Part shown: positions 49,083-62,864 of the stretch, piece by piece
Position numbering within the stretch: position 1 is the first letter of the stretch
Layout of the letters: each line of letters starts with the position of its first letter
Translations under genes and position numbers: made by a program
NCBI RefSeq assembly: GCF_001194135.2
Contig: NC_068981.1
Coordinates: 124,667,953 to 124,731,952, forward strand
Source of the DNA: Octopus bimaculoides
Taxonomy: Eukaryota
Direction: 5' to 3'
Length of the DNA stretch: 64,000 bases
Notes under the pieces: model-generated
Told to the model about the DNA's origin: nothing
Databases searched by the model: none
The model's input: only the letters and a program-made list of their open reading frames with translations

Positions 49083-51542
49083 CTAGCAACAGAGTGGGGG
49101 GAAATAAAAAAAAATATGAGAACAGTTCATAATATGTCTTAAACAGCAACACAAGAAGTGCTATAAAAATCTGTGGAAGAGATAGCAGTTAAACAATCAC
49201 TACATGAGAGAATTCATGTAGCTGCATAAACATAAAAGGTTGAAATTGTCAATATTTCTCCAAGACATTTTTTTTTTTTAAATAAGAACAATGTTGCTTA
49301 GTATTCTTTCCTCTTTGAGATATACCTAATCTCTGTATAAATACTAATTACATATTCAAAAGTAATATTTTCTTCCCCCATTCCTTTTTTTTTTTTTGGT
49401 CTCAAATTTTCTGTAGAGATATTAACACCTTTCAATTTGTTTCTTTTTCAGGAGGATTACACAGCTGAGATAGAATAGTTTCTCGAATTTATATGCTACG
49501 TTTGCCAGCATATAAGAGGTACTCTTAGAGAGACATGACCCTATTTTACAAGTATATTTTGTGAAAAAGCAAAAATAAATAAAAACAAATTTTGTCTGTT
49601 CCATCATACACTCATTGAAAGATATTTTAAAACAGTTTCATAAGGTAAAATAAAGTATGATTCTCTAACAATATAATGAAACCACAAATTTATTGTATAA
49701 TCATCAACACTTAAAGTCCATTTTCCAGGTTGGCATGAGTTGGACAGTTTAATGGGCTGGCAAGGCCAGAGACCACACCAGGTCTTTTAGTCTGTTTTGA
49801 CTTGATTTCTATGGCTGGATGCCCTTCCTAATGCCAACCACCCACTTTACAAAGTATACTTGGTGCTTTTTACATGGCACCAGCATCCATGCAATGCTTT
49901 CTACATGACACCTTAGTTTTAAGATCTCAATTCTGTCGTGGTGGGCAGGTCTTCTGTATATAAACTATGTTATGTGAATACCATATTTCAGATTTATCTT
50001 CTTTCATATCAACTGTGTATATTTTGGTCAGCATGGCCACAGTCTAATGACTGAAACAAGTAAAAGGTAAAAGATAAAGGCAACAGATAATTAAATAATG
50101 TAAAATACATATCAGGCATGGGTTACGTATGCTGGGAAAGAAGGTATAATGAAATGGTGCAACCTCTCCACATAATTGCCAAAGTACCATAAGCAATCTT
50201 TTCATAAATTTCTGCTAACAGACTGTGACATTTCAATATTTTATTATTAGTAACAATTATTGTACCTCGTGGACTTGTGTTCATTTGGGTCCCTAGCCAC
50301 AACACTCAATTTCCCATCCATAATACAGCCACAATAGATGGTGGGCAATTTTTTACATATTTAAAAAAAAAAAATTGTGACTTATATGCTGGCAAATACG
50401 GTATTCCATACACATCCCCAAAGCAAATGTTTCACAGCTGAACAACTCTTCCTGATAAAACAAAAATCTGAAAAAGTGATGATCATTTCCCCACTAAGAC
50501 TAACTGATACAAATGAATTGTCCCTCAAAGATAAAACAGGACAATTTCTTTTACCATGCATACATACATACATAAATATATATTATTCTTTTTATGCAAC
50601 TGATATTATCTAGGAAACTTTATTAGAGAAATCATTAATTGCAGGTTAACACAGTGCTCAACTATCTATTAACCATTTCATCAACTTCAAGTCTGACCAA
50701 CATAGGGAAAGTTGCCACCAAAATGACTAACATATCTCTAGTATTATGCTGTCTCAAGCTACTGACAACTGTCATACTTTTGCAATATCAATTGTTACTA
50801 CACCAGTGACCTCTATACCACTTGTATTTTTGCCATCCAGCCCTTGGCACAGTGGGTAAAAATATCAATAGAGAATGATGTTAAATTCAATGACGTACAT
50901 ACACCATTAAATACTATGAAAGACAGCTGTTTCAAACCAGAGATAGCAGTTTTCCTTATGCTGGTCAAACTGGAAATTGATTAAATGGTCGATTGAACAA
51001 TGTATGTTAACCAGTAATCAATGATTTCTTTCATGAAAAGGAAAAAAAAAAGTTTCCTAGAAAATGTCAATAGCACAAAGAAGAATATGAATATATACAT
51101 ACATAACAAATAAAGGGATAAAGATAGCTGTATCACATTTATTATCTGGTTATGATGGATTCAAAAACAGCTGAGGTAAGTAAATCGTTTAACATGCTGG
51201 AACATGTATAAGAACTTAATGCAATATTAATTAAACACAATCCTGCAATTTCATTATGACCTCAAACAATTATCATTAAATGCATGTTAAAGGATTGATC
51301 TACTCCAAATTTGTTATCAAAATGATTACAACCAGATAAATATGATACTAATATCTTCATTCTCTGATTTGCTTTATGTTATACCCTGTGACTGACAAAA
51401 ATTTCCTGGATTTTCAGTTTGTGCAGAATATTTTAGATTTACTTCATTGTTTTCCCTTCTGTTAACTATGAATTCACATAAGCGCTGACTGAGTAATTGC
51501 TCGCATTTCACAAATCCCCTTTTGCATATACACATTCACACA

Positions 51543-52714
51543 TAGTGCATTCCAGAAGTTTTGAAACATGTTAAGGAGAGGCAGTTATAACTGTCCTAGA
51601 TTTTTGTAATTTTATCATTACTATACATCTAATAAGCAGATCTGCCAACTTTTGTTATTCCAGATTGAAAGTAACAACTGTAACAGCACTTTAAACACAC
51701 CCTACCTGCTAAAAACTGCTTGTCACAGCTGACTAGTTTGCAGAATACAATTGGGATGTGAAGACCATTTGGAAGTGCAATCAAATTTTGGGTTAAACTG
51801 GGCAAAACTGCAACAGAAACTTGTGAAATGTTCATAACTGCTTATGCATCTGTTTTTCAGTGGCACAAGAGGCCAGCTAAAGTAATTCCAGTGTGATGTT
51901 TTATGATGGTCCCCTTTTTTAACAAGGGTATCATCTACATTCACTGGGCTCCTCTTGTTGATCAGTCAAGTATTTTGTGGAGGTTTTGAAGGAATACAGG
52001 AAGAGGTAATATTACAAAAGACCAGAGCACCTGCACCAAGACAATGCACCAGTTCACAATTCCATCCAGGTAACTAAAAAAGGGTAAAGACACCCGCTTC
52101 AGTCACGAATGACCATGAGATTGCACCTAGAAAGTCCCCTTCCTAGGCAAAAGACTGGGCAAGGTTGTTTGTGGAAGACCAGCAGTTGCTTATGTATACC
52201 AGCCTCTCCTCTCCATACCACTGATGTTATCTGAGGGAAAGGCAAAGGCCAATACAGCTTGGCACCAATGATGTTGCAACTCATTTCTACAGCTGAGGGA
52301 ACTGGAGCAACATGAAATAAAGTGCCTTGCTCAAGAACACAACACACAGCCCAGTCCTGGAATTGAACTTACAACATCATGATTGGGAGCCTGTTGTTCT
52401 AACCACTGAACCACATGACTTCATTCATGATTGTGAGCTTGGGTAACTAACTACGAGACAAAGATGGGCATAAAAACTGTCCGTCACATTCCCTACAGTC
52501 GGAACTTTGCTCCCTGTGACTTTTGGTTGTTCTCCGAACTGAAGGAGAAGATAAAGGAGGCTGTGACACCATTTTGAAGAAAGTAACTGGAGCACTACAA
52601 GTACACGGAAGCCAGAGGATCCTAGTTTGAAGGAGATTTGATGTTTTATACGTTTCTGAAATTAAAAAAAATGTCTGTCCTGAAAAAAGTCTCAAAACTC
52701 CTGGAAAGCACCTA
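51543..52714 (+). mobile_element. mariner (DD34D-type) relic interrupted by a SINE
   Basis: TIR pair TGCATTCCAGAAGTTTTGAAAC (51546) / GTCTCAAAACTCCTGGAAAGCA (52689); KGIIYIHW, HLHQDNAPVHNS and KMGIKTV.H.PYS..FAPCDFWLF motifs. Confidence 0.85.
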
Positions 52715-52733
52715 GTGTGTGTGTGTGTGTATA

Positions 52734-52814
<81 letters not shown>

Positions 52815-54797
52815 GTGTGTGTGTCTGTATATATATAGACACACATGCACACACTTCAATGTTCAGATTTCCATGAGCAAGGTTCCTTATTAACCCCTAA
52901 TTTACAGACTCACTTTTTGAAACATCATGAAAACAAGTCAGATTTCTAGTACTTTGTTTGAATTAAACCTTGTGGGACCAGATTTCCAAAGAAAGATACT
53001 TTCAATGATTTTCAATTGATTTTGAAAATAATTAAGAATTTTAACAGATTTGGTACAGTAACTGATTAGACAAAAGGTTCTTACCTAAAATTATAATGAG
53101 AGGTTTTAATTCAAACATAACCAGTTAAAAAAAAGAAAGGTTTTATATCATAGAAAATGAAGCAATCTAGAGCAGGTTGATTTCAAAAGATATCAATAAG
53201 ATATTAATTGGTTCTCTCACACTGATGGTGATTAGATTTTGTAATTCGTTTGTGCCACATTTCTGAAAGAATATTTTTTATTCTTCCTTGCTTAACTTAT
53301 ATTTAATTCCAATTAGGCCTAAATAAAAGTTTTAGTCAGACCTCTCATTCAGAATGTTCAATGGGCATCAGCATGTTCTATATATTAATAGTAAAAGAAA
53401 TGTATTTGTGGTGGAGAAAATATAATTATAATCTATTTTGTAAACTTTCATTTTTCAAATCATATTGAGTCTTTCTTGCTAACAAGGGTTGATTATTTAA
53501 GAAAATTTTTATCATTGGAGCAGAGCAGATCTTAAACAATTGTTGTCCTTCCTCTGGATTACAAAAGTACAAGTTGCATTTTTTCCAACAGAGCAATGAG
53601 AGGTAAGTTCAAATAATGAACACTACTTGTAGTTGTAAGATTAAAAGTTAAAAACGTTTGATAACAATAACCTTGCATTAATTAAAATTCAAGTCAACAA
53701 ATCATTTCAATGAAGATAGTACAAAGAACATCTTATATAAGAGACAACAGGCACAATTTGAGTTGCACAACTAAACCCAACCCTTGAAATATCAAGCAAT
53801 TTCAATTTCCAGATAGTAGCAACAACATGTATTTATTGGTTGATTTTTCAGCCAATTAAATCTTGGAGACAATACTGACTTAACTATTGAAACATCTTAC
53901 AGAGCAACAATAAAACATGGTAACAATAAATGTAGACATTGTTTTTGTTAATGTAATATATTTAAAAATATGTTCACTTGGATCAAAATGTCTTCACACT
54001 GTTGAAGAATTCTACCAAATTTCAAAAGAAATTATGGTAAAACTTTACAGAAAGTTTGTTCAGAATCAATATTTAAATATCAAACGTGAAAAAGGTAATT
54101 GTAATTATCAATATAAAGATGGAGAATATCTGCAGCAAGGCATCATGATTCTGAAATTAAAAGAATTAGTTTGATTGGGAGATAAGTATATAAGAGAAAG
54201 AAACAAAGACAGAGATGATGAATAAATGACAGGAAGGGAAAGAAAGAATGTCTAAGTATGAGTGCGTATGTGGGCGTGTGAGAATGAGAAAGAGATGTTG
54301 GGAGAAGGACATATGTTTGGGTGAGTGCGCAAATGAGAAACAGAGAACATGTACATGTGTGACAGAGAATGAGAGGGGTATGGAAAAAAAGAAAGAGAGA
54401 GTGTGCATGTGTGTATGGAAGAAAGAAGGTATGCCAGTGTGTATGAAAAAGAGAGCATGTGTATGTGTCAAAGAAAGAACATATACGACTGCATGCCAGA
54501 GAGAGAGAGAGACGGACAGAGGTGAGGAGAGTGCATGTGTGTGCACTTTATACAGGCAGCATAAGTCTCCATTTGGGCTGGCAAAGTTACCAACCAGTGT
54601 CTCAAGTTAACTGCAACCATTTATTGCTATTTACAATAGCTGGTGTGTCTAGATTCCCATATGCCTGTTCTTGTTGTGGTTTAACTCTAGGTCAGCCCCA
54701 TCCAGGCATATTAGGACCTTTTCTTTGTGTATTGTGTATGTATAAAGTATCCCTCCTTTTTTTTAAGCCAGTAGAGAATAGCTTGAGAGAAACTTAA

Positions 54798-55023
54798 CCC
54801 TTTAGCATTTAAACCAGCCACATCCAGCCCAAGCAGTCAACCTGTTTGATGTTCAAACCAGTCAGATCCAGCCTCTCACCCCCCCCCCCCTATGATGTCG
54901 TTCTAAAAAAATAATACTATCACATTGTCAAAGTTTTGAAACTGCGAAATAATACATGATTAATTCATAACAATGTGAATAAATAAGCATTACATTCAAC
55001 AGAGTAATCTGAATGCTAAAGGG
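54798..55023 (-). mobile_element. piggyBac-type MITE, same family
   Basis: TTAA|CCCTTTAGCAT...ATGCTAAAGGG|TTAC. Confidence 0.8.
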
Positions 55024-55900
55024 TTACAATAAAAAAAACAAATTACGACCAACAAGCTGAAACAAGTAAAAGATAAAAAAGATAACTATTACAATTTGAG
55101 AACAAAAGCTTACACATGAGAATATAATGTGATATTACTAATACTAATTGTTTGCAATATAGGCACAAGGCCTGAGATTTTGGTGGAGGCATTAGTCAAT
55201 GAATGACCCAGCATTTGATTGATACTCTCCAGTACTTTGTTTTAATGACCCCCAGACAGATAAAATAAAAGTTAACTTTGGTAGAATCTGAACTCAGAAT
55301 GTAAAGAACTGGAAGAAATACTGCAAGAATTTTTTTCCAATGTTCTTACTAGTCTGTCAATCCACCACTTTAAATATAGCTAATGGTTTCAAATTTTGAA
55401 ACAAGGCCAACAGCTTTAGGGGAGGAGAGAAGTCAATTACATCAACCCCCAGTGCTCAAACTACTTATTTTATCAACTCTGAAAGGATGAAAGGCAAAGT
55501 TGACCTCAGCAGAATTTGAACTTAGAATGTAAAGCCAAATGAACTTCTGCTAAGGGTTTTTGTCAAGTGTGTTAATGATTCTGCCACCTGTCATTTCTAA
55601 CACAAACAGCCAACCTCAATTTAACTGATTGGTAAATATTTTATCAACCTCAAAAGGATGACAAGCAACCCCAACAGGATTTTAAATCACAAATAAAAGC
55701 AAGCAATTAAACACCACAGAATATTCTTGCTGAAACTTATTTCTACTGGTCAATACCTTAATTTTGGTATTAACATAGGATAAGATGATTCAGTGGCAGC
55801 AACATCATTTCACTGGTCACATGTCTCAGTATATCAAATTTATTGGTGGAAGTGTAGATATGTGGGAATTTGCATTAATGTATTAATATACTGGTTTCAA

Positions 55901-56160
55901 GTGGAGGCACATGGCCTAGTGGTTAGAGCGGAGATTGCCGGTTTGAATCTAAGACCAGTCAATGTGTGTGTTTATGAGCAAAACACCTAAGCTCCATGTG
56001 GCTCCGGCAGAAGGTAATGGCGAACTTCTGCTGACTCTTTCGCCACAACTTTCTCTCACTCTTTCCTCCTGCATCTAGCAGCTCACTTGCAACAGACTGG
56101 CGTCCCAACCAGGTGGGGAACCTATACACCAATGGAACCAGGAAACCGGCTTTTATGAGA
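55901..56160 (+). mobile_element. tRNA-headed SINE with a V-domain-like core
   Basis: GTGGAGGCACATGGCCTAGTGGTTAGAG head; GACTGGCGTCCCAACCAGGTGGGG core. Confidence 0.6.
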
Positions 56161-56862
56161 AGGTGGGGAGCTGGCAGAAATGTTAGCACACTAGGCAAAA
56201 TGCTTAGTGGAATTTTGTCTGTCTTTACATTCTAAGTTCAAATTCCGTCGAGGTTGACTTTGCCTTTCATCCTTTTGGGGTCAATAAATTAAGTACCAGT
56301 TGCATACTGGGGATCAATTTAATCGACTGGCCCCCTCCCCAAAAATTTCTGGCTTTGTGCCTAGAGTAGAAAAAAAAAAAATACTGGTTTCAAATTTTGG
56401 CACAAGGTCACCAGTGCTTAACTGGTACTTATTGGCTCTGAAAGGATGAAAGGTAAAGTTGACCTCAGCAGGATCTGAACTCAGAATGTAAAGACAGACG
56501 AAATGCCACAAATCATTTTGGCCAGTGTAATGTATTAACATATTAAGAAATCTTTTCTTCGTTATATATTTTATGTCTTTTATCTTTTACTTGCTTCAGT
56601 CATTGGACTGTAACCACGTTGGGGCACTGCCTTGAAGGATCTTAGTCAAACGAATCAACCTCAGTGCTTTGTTTTTTTAAAAGTCTGGTACTTTTTCAAT
56701 CAGTCTTATACTGAATCATTAAGTTAAAGGGACACAAACAAAGCAACACTGGTTGTTGAATAGTGGAGTGGGGTATTAACACAAAGATACATAGACACAC
56801 ATACATATACATAGGTACAGGAGTGGCTGTGTGGAAAGTAGCTTGCTTACCAACTACATGTA

Positions 56863-56901
<39 letters not shown>

Positions 56902-57294
56902 AACATCACTTGACAACCGATGCTGGTGTGTTTACGTCCCCTTAACTTAGTGGTTCGGCAAAAGATACTGATAGAATAAGTACTAGGCTTACAAAGAATA
57001 AGTCCTGAGGTCAATTTACTCGACTAAAGGTGGTGCTCCAGCATGGCCACAGTCAAATAACTGAAACAAGTAAAAGAGTAAAAGAGAGTATAATATAGGT
57101 GGCTATAGCTATAGCAATACATACACACAATTGGCTTTCAGTTTCTGTTAACCAAATCCATTCACAAGGCTTTGGTTGGCCTTGAACTATATCAGAAAGC
57201 ACTTGCCCAAGGTGCCACACTGTGGGACTGAAGTTGAAACCATGTGGTTTGGAAGCAAACATCTTACCACACAGCCACACCTGTGCTTATTTAG

Positions 57295-57515
57295 CCCCTT
57301 AGCATTCAGATTATTCAGTTAAATATCATGCTTATTTATTCACATTGTTTTGAATTAATCATGCATTATCTTGTAGCTTTGAGATTTTGATGATGTGATT
57401 GTTTATTTTTAGAATGACACTGTAGGGTAAGCATGAGAGGCCAAATCTGGCTGGTTTGAACATAAAACAGGTAGAATATTTTGGCCAGATATGGCAGGTT
57501 TAAATGTTTAAAGGG
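57295..57515 (+). mobile_element. piggyBac-type MITE, same family
   Basis: CCCCTTAGCATTCAGATT...AATGTTTAAAGGG|TTAA. Confidence 0.8.
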
Positions 57516-60500
57516 TTAAAGGATTTAAAAGATTTTAAAAGATTCTAAGAAATCCTTATATTTAGTATATCAATTTATCCTAACTTAGTAGTTGATAAGG
57601 GTTACACATAGTGGTGTATGATGGTTGGTGTATTGGGTGTGCTGTCACACCCAATGCCACCAAATTTCAAGCAGGGATATAACAAAACTTTTCCATTAGA
57701 TTTGTGATTAAATTAATGAGAAATGTTAATATTTATAATGAATTTGCCATTTTCAAATGGCAGAATATATACCAGGGGTATATATTCTAGCAGACCCAGA
57801 ATATATACCCCTGGCTACACATACATAAAACATATTTCATTTCATTTCATTTCAGAATTTGCTGTGCTGCAGATACAATTACCTTTTACTTTAAAGTTTA
57901 ATACGCCGAAATGATGAAATAGAAAGTGAAAAGGATAAGGTTAAAAGAAACAATGTCAACAAATATCAATTATAATGATTCATGTATAAGCTGTGACAAG
58001 TTTAACAATTTTTTCTAGTACATTCATTTAAAAAGATACAGTGAATAAATGCTTAAATATTAAACTATTGCTATCAACATATACTCATCAACAGACATTT
58101 TAATTCTTCCAATTCTACAACTTCCAGAGACCACCATTCTTCCTGTACTTACAGTTTGGCTTAGGCACTAGTTTACCAATAAACAGGTAGAAGAGAACGA
58201 TGTCTTCCAAAAGCAGCAAAGTTTTTTCTTCGTCATACAGTGAACCTCAATGATGGCTTTAGCAAACAAATGGTAAAAAGCAGTTTTCAAGACAACCATG
58301 ATTTTAAAATTCTTTTTTGAAAGACTCAAAAAAAAAAAACAACTCTAAAAACATTTTTGCAGCATAACTATTGTTAGTTTTCGCTTCAAACGACAATCAT
58401 CAAATTTATTAAAAATTAGCAAATTTAGACAATGCAGTCAATAAAGTAAGACCTTAAAACAGAAGTGCTTTTAGCATCGTTTAGACTAGCCCCATCAATA
58501 TCAAGTGCTGCATTCTTCTTACTTCTAAGCCTGTGCAAGAGGGATTTATGTCAAAGTGGAAAACACTAGCATGGAATGTCTTAACAAAGGAGATGGTCAC
58601 TGCAGGCCAAGTAAAAGACAGCTTCAATATTAAAAAGAGTGAATTTTTTACATTAACCCCAAACTATCTTCCATCCCAGAGAATTCAGTCTGTTAGTTGT
58701 TAGCACTTGCATGTATATCTGGAAATTGCATCTCTCATCAACCATTTCATTAGCTGATAATATAATAACTACGTTACAGACATTAAAGAAAAACACCCAT
58801 GTTAGATCAAGTATATGTCAATATAACTGCCACATTTTCATTAACTTTTTAATGCTCCCAGCATTAGATAAATTAACAGTGACTTCACTAATAGTTTATT
58901 CCTTTTTTTATTTTCAAATAAAGGTTCACAGCTAATTTAAGATTAATGTAGAAAACAAGAAATCAGGAACTACAAGCTTTCTCCAAACATAGTTAAATGA
59001 AATTTGGGTCACAAAACTTGGTCTGTGAAAATATTGTGGCTACATGTTAGTGACAACTATGTAAGTTAATAATCAATAATTATTCTAAGTATCAGCTAAA
59101 GTTTCCTGTCACTAGAGAACAAAATAATGATTGTCTTGAAAACAAATACTTCATTCAAGAAATAATTTTAAAAAAAATATAAAACTGACATTCCTGTGTG
59201 TGCATGAGGGTGTGTGAATAAACTGCTTCAACAAAATAGCCCAGCCTTGAGAGTCACCTCAAGTTCCACAGTTGCTATAATAATATGAACTGGTTAAGAC
59301 AGTGGATTTCTAGCAACAAGTAACCAGAGGAAAAGAAGAAGTATAATTAAGAAACATAAACAATAATATTTAAAAACAAAACAAAACAAAACAAAACTAC
59401 AACAGAACAATTGCATAAACAGTGTGTAATAAGGCATATATATATATAAGCAGCAAACGTTTAGCAATTGTTGTTTGATGTATTGCTTGGCAGCGCAGTG
59501 GGAGGTTTTTCAGCCAGCAGCGATGCTTGCAATAAGGTGATTAACAATGATAATGATAGAAGCAAACTGAAATAGTGATAATTAAAAAGGGTTTCAAAAT
59601 GGGATGAAGGGTATAGCAAAAGAAATAGATATGAATGGGAATAGACATAGTGAGGAGAGGCAGGATAACATTTTTTTGTTTACATTAAAAAAATAAAATT
59701 ATGCATAAGCAGATATTCTTAACGAGGGATATGATATAATAAGGAGGTGAGAAATATTAAGAAATAAAAAATTAAACTTATATAATTATCTGTGGCCTGG
59801 TGAACTACCTATGCATATTCATTAAATCTAAGGTTTTTTAAAGATGAAACAAAGAAATAAGTTAAAGTAAAAAAAAATATAAAGATACTCAAAGCCCTAC
59901 TAATTACTTATAAAATACCAAATTACTTTTCAGTGCAGTTGTTAACTTCTTTCAGAGAATATCTTCATTATCAGAAATGAGTAAAAAAAACTTTACATAT
60001 GAGTTTTAAATAACATCACAAAGACATTAAAAATTAAATTCTCAACAAGCTGAAACAAATCCATATATTCTTTTTCACCCTGCCTTTAAATCCCAAACCA
60101 ATTTTATTGGTAGACTTCATATACTACTAACTAATATAGATTGATGGCTGATTACAGTACACTACTATGTCGTAACCTGTTGGGTGACTAACTACAGCAT
60201 CTTTGTTGAATGTTCTCAATTAGCTATTTCAATAATACTTGTTCTAAATTTGAATTCTGTTGGTTAGCTTTTACTTTTTTTATTATCAGTTTTTAACCTT
60301 TTGGCTAAATTAAAAGTAACCTTAAGAAAATATATGCAGTGGTGAGAATTTTACCTGACTGAATAAATTCCCTAAAATGAAGGATGGGAGGGGAAAAAAC
60401 TTTTTAAAAAAATCCATTTAAAATAGAATTTTAACAACAATTAAAAGAGAAAATATTTTTATGAAAAATTATATGCAAATGTAGACAAGCTTGGCTGGAG

Positions 60501-61809
60501 CTCATGTTTCAACAAATTAACAAAGGAAATGACAGAAAATGACCATTTCATAAGTGAAAGAAAATAAAAAGCTTTGCCCACTCTCTTTCTCTCACTTCTT
60601 TTATGTCTTGATTTCCCATTGGTTTTAGACAACAAATAATAAATATTAAATTTCCATATAACTTTTTTAGAATCACTTTCCACTACTACCCATTCCTCTG
60701 GAAATATCAATTACAGACAAAATTGAATTTTAGACATTTCCAAAATTTTAAAGCACTAAAAAACAATTCCTTTCAAATGATTAACCCACCATAAAAGATA
60801 TTTTGTGATCATGTTGTACACTAAAGTTCATGGTTGTCCTGTTAAGCTATAACAATTCTGAAATAAAAGACATCATTTTTTTTTTCTCTTTTTAATATTT
60901 GGAAATATCCTCCTACTTTCTTTTTCTTCTTTGAAATGCTTTTGTTCTGTTTTGTTCTTAATTAGGGTTTTTCTAAAGCAATAAAAAAATTTATCAAAAA
61001 TCAAATTAGGAACTGTTTTGGGTATTTTGAATAATATATGATTGGTACCAATAAATTTCGAGTATTCTTGGAATATTAACAATTGATATTTCAGACTTGG
61101 ATTCCCATTTTAAAAATACTTAGAGCTTTTTTTTTATCTTTCTTTTTTTATTAAGACTATATTCAGAGTTTCAGTTTTTTTTCTTTCTTCTTTCTTGTTA
61201 TGTACATGTATTATTTGAAATACTTTTATCAAATTCTAATGCAAGTAGTGACTTTTACAAACTGAAACAAATTACTTTCATGTTTTAAAGTATATATTCA
61301 AACATAATGGACTGCAGAAAAACCAAAATGATCAGAGGTTACAGAAGCGAACAATGACCCTGTGTTTTACCCATGAAACAATATCAAATGCCTGATTTCC
61401 TTTGTGTCAAATACTAGGTATGGCTTTCAATGTAGCTTTAACTTAAATTATTTCCACTTTTAGAACAAAAACTTGTTAATCATTAAGACTAACAGAAGTT
61501 TTACAATTATATAACAATAAGAGACCATAACATTTAATCCTTTCACCAATGATAAATGTATCTTAAAATCTTCCAATCATTTTTACATTATTCTTCTTTT
61601 GTCTTTTTCTTGGTTATGCTGCCATGCTGGGGCATTGCTTTCAACAGTTTAGTCAATCATATCAAGCCCAGTACTCAACTGGTACTTATTTTTTTAACAT
61701 CAAAGAGATGAAAAGCAAAGCCAACCTGGATGGGAGGAATTCAAATACTACCAGGTATTCTGCCTGGCATTATAAATTTTGCCAACCCTACTGATTTATT
61801 TTTCATTCA

Positions 61810-61840
<31 letters not shown>

Positions 61841-62740
61841 CTGAAATCATATCCTTTAAGTTTCATTAAATAGATATTTATTCAAAGTTCAGAATAAATT
61901 TATGTTACTTCATATTTAGAATATAACTATCATATTGTGAATTTAAATCAAATAAAAACTGCTAATTTTTTTTAAATACTTCAAACCAGTACAATCCAAC
62001 AATCTCTTTTCCAAATCCAACAGCTGATCAAACATAAAATTTTTGAATAAATGTCTCGATTTATAAACTTCCCTGTTCAAGGTATCTCCAGTTTGTAAGA
62101 ATGGAAGATATACACTTGAATCAATTCTTTATCTACACAAAGGGTAAAAAGTTCAATAGGATAAAAGACTGAAAAAAGTGATTACTACCATAGAAATAGT
62201 TTCAAATGACAAAGTTTTTGAAAGCTACAACACCTAATATGAAAACCACTATCTGTCATATTCCACAAGACAAAATCAAAGCAGAGTAATAGAAAAGTCT
62301 AAATATATAAATGTACTAATGAGAGAAACAATGGTTAACTTTCAAAACACAAATACGCTGCCATGACACTGGTAAATTAAGAATAAGAAAACAATTTAAC
62401 TATAAATGATATATGTAAACTAATTTGCTTAATGAGAGTAACTTATATAATTTAAATAATGCACAAATAATAAACAAGACCTTATAAAAAATAAACTTCA
62501 ATAAAATCTACAACAGATTAGTAATGTGGGACAGCAAAAGAAATAATAATGAGAACATATTAAATTAAGAGTTTTTGAAGAATTAGTATTATGTAAATTA
62601 AAGAAAATAGGGAGACTTGGTGGGGTTAGTATTAGTACAGGGGGGGAAATGGAAGCTACCTTATAAGTATAGAGCTAACACATATATGTATGTATGTATG
62701 TTTGTATGTATGTGTGTGTCTATACATGTGTGTGTGTGTG

Positions 62741-62772
<32 letters not shown>

Positions 62773-62806
62773 GATAGATAGATAAATAGATAGAGATAGA
62801 TAGAGA

Positions 62807-62864
<58 letters not shown>

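Noticed and set aside
53592-53602. Plus-strand 11-nt micro-exon-like string (TTTTCCAACAG|AGCAATGAGAG|GTAAGT)
   Set aside because: No plus-strand gene is known here, and AGGTAAGT is expected about once per strand by chance in this window.
58153-58650. Several minus-strand exon-like ORFs (SLYDEEKTLLLLEDIV..., SKKNAALDIDG..., TISFVKTFHASV...)
   Set aside because: Each has one weak splice site or a composition unlike the SPAK/OSR1 linker, and they overlap incompatibly.
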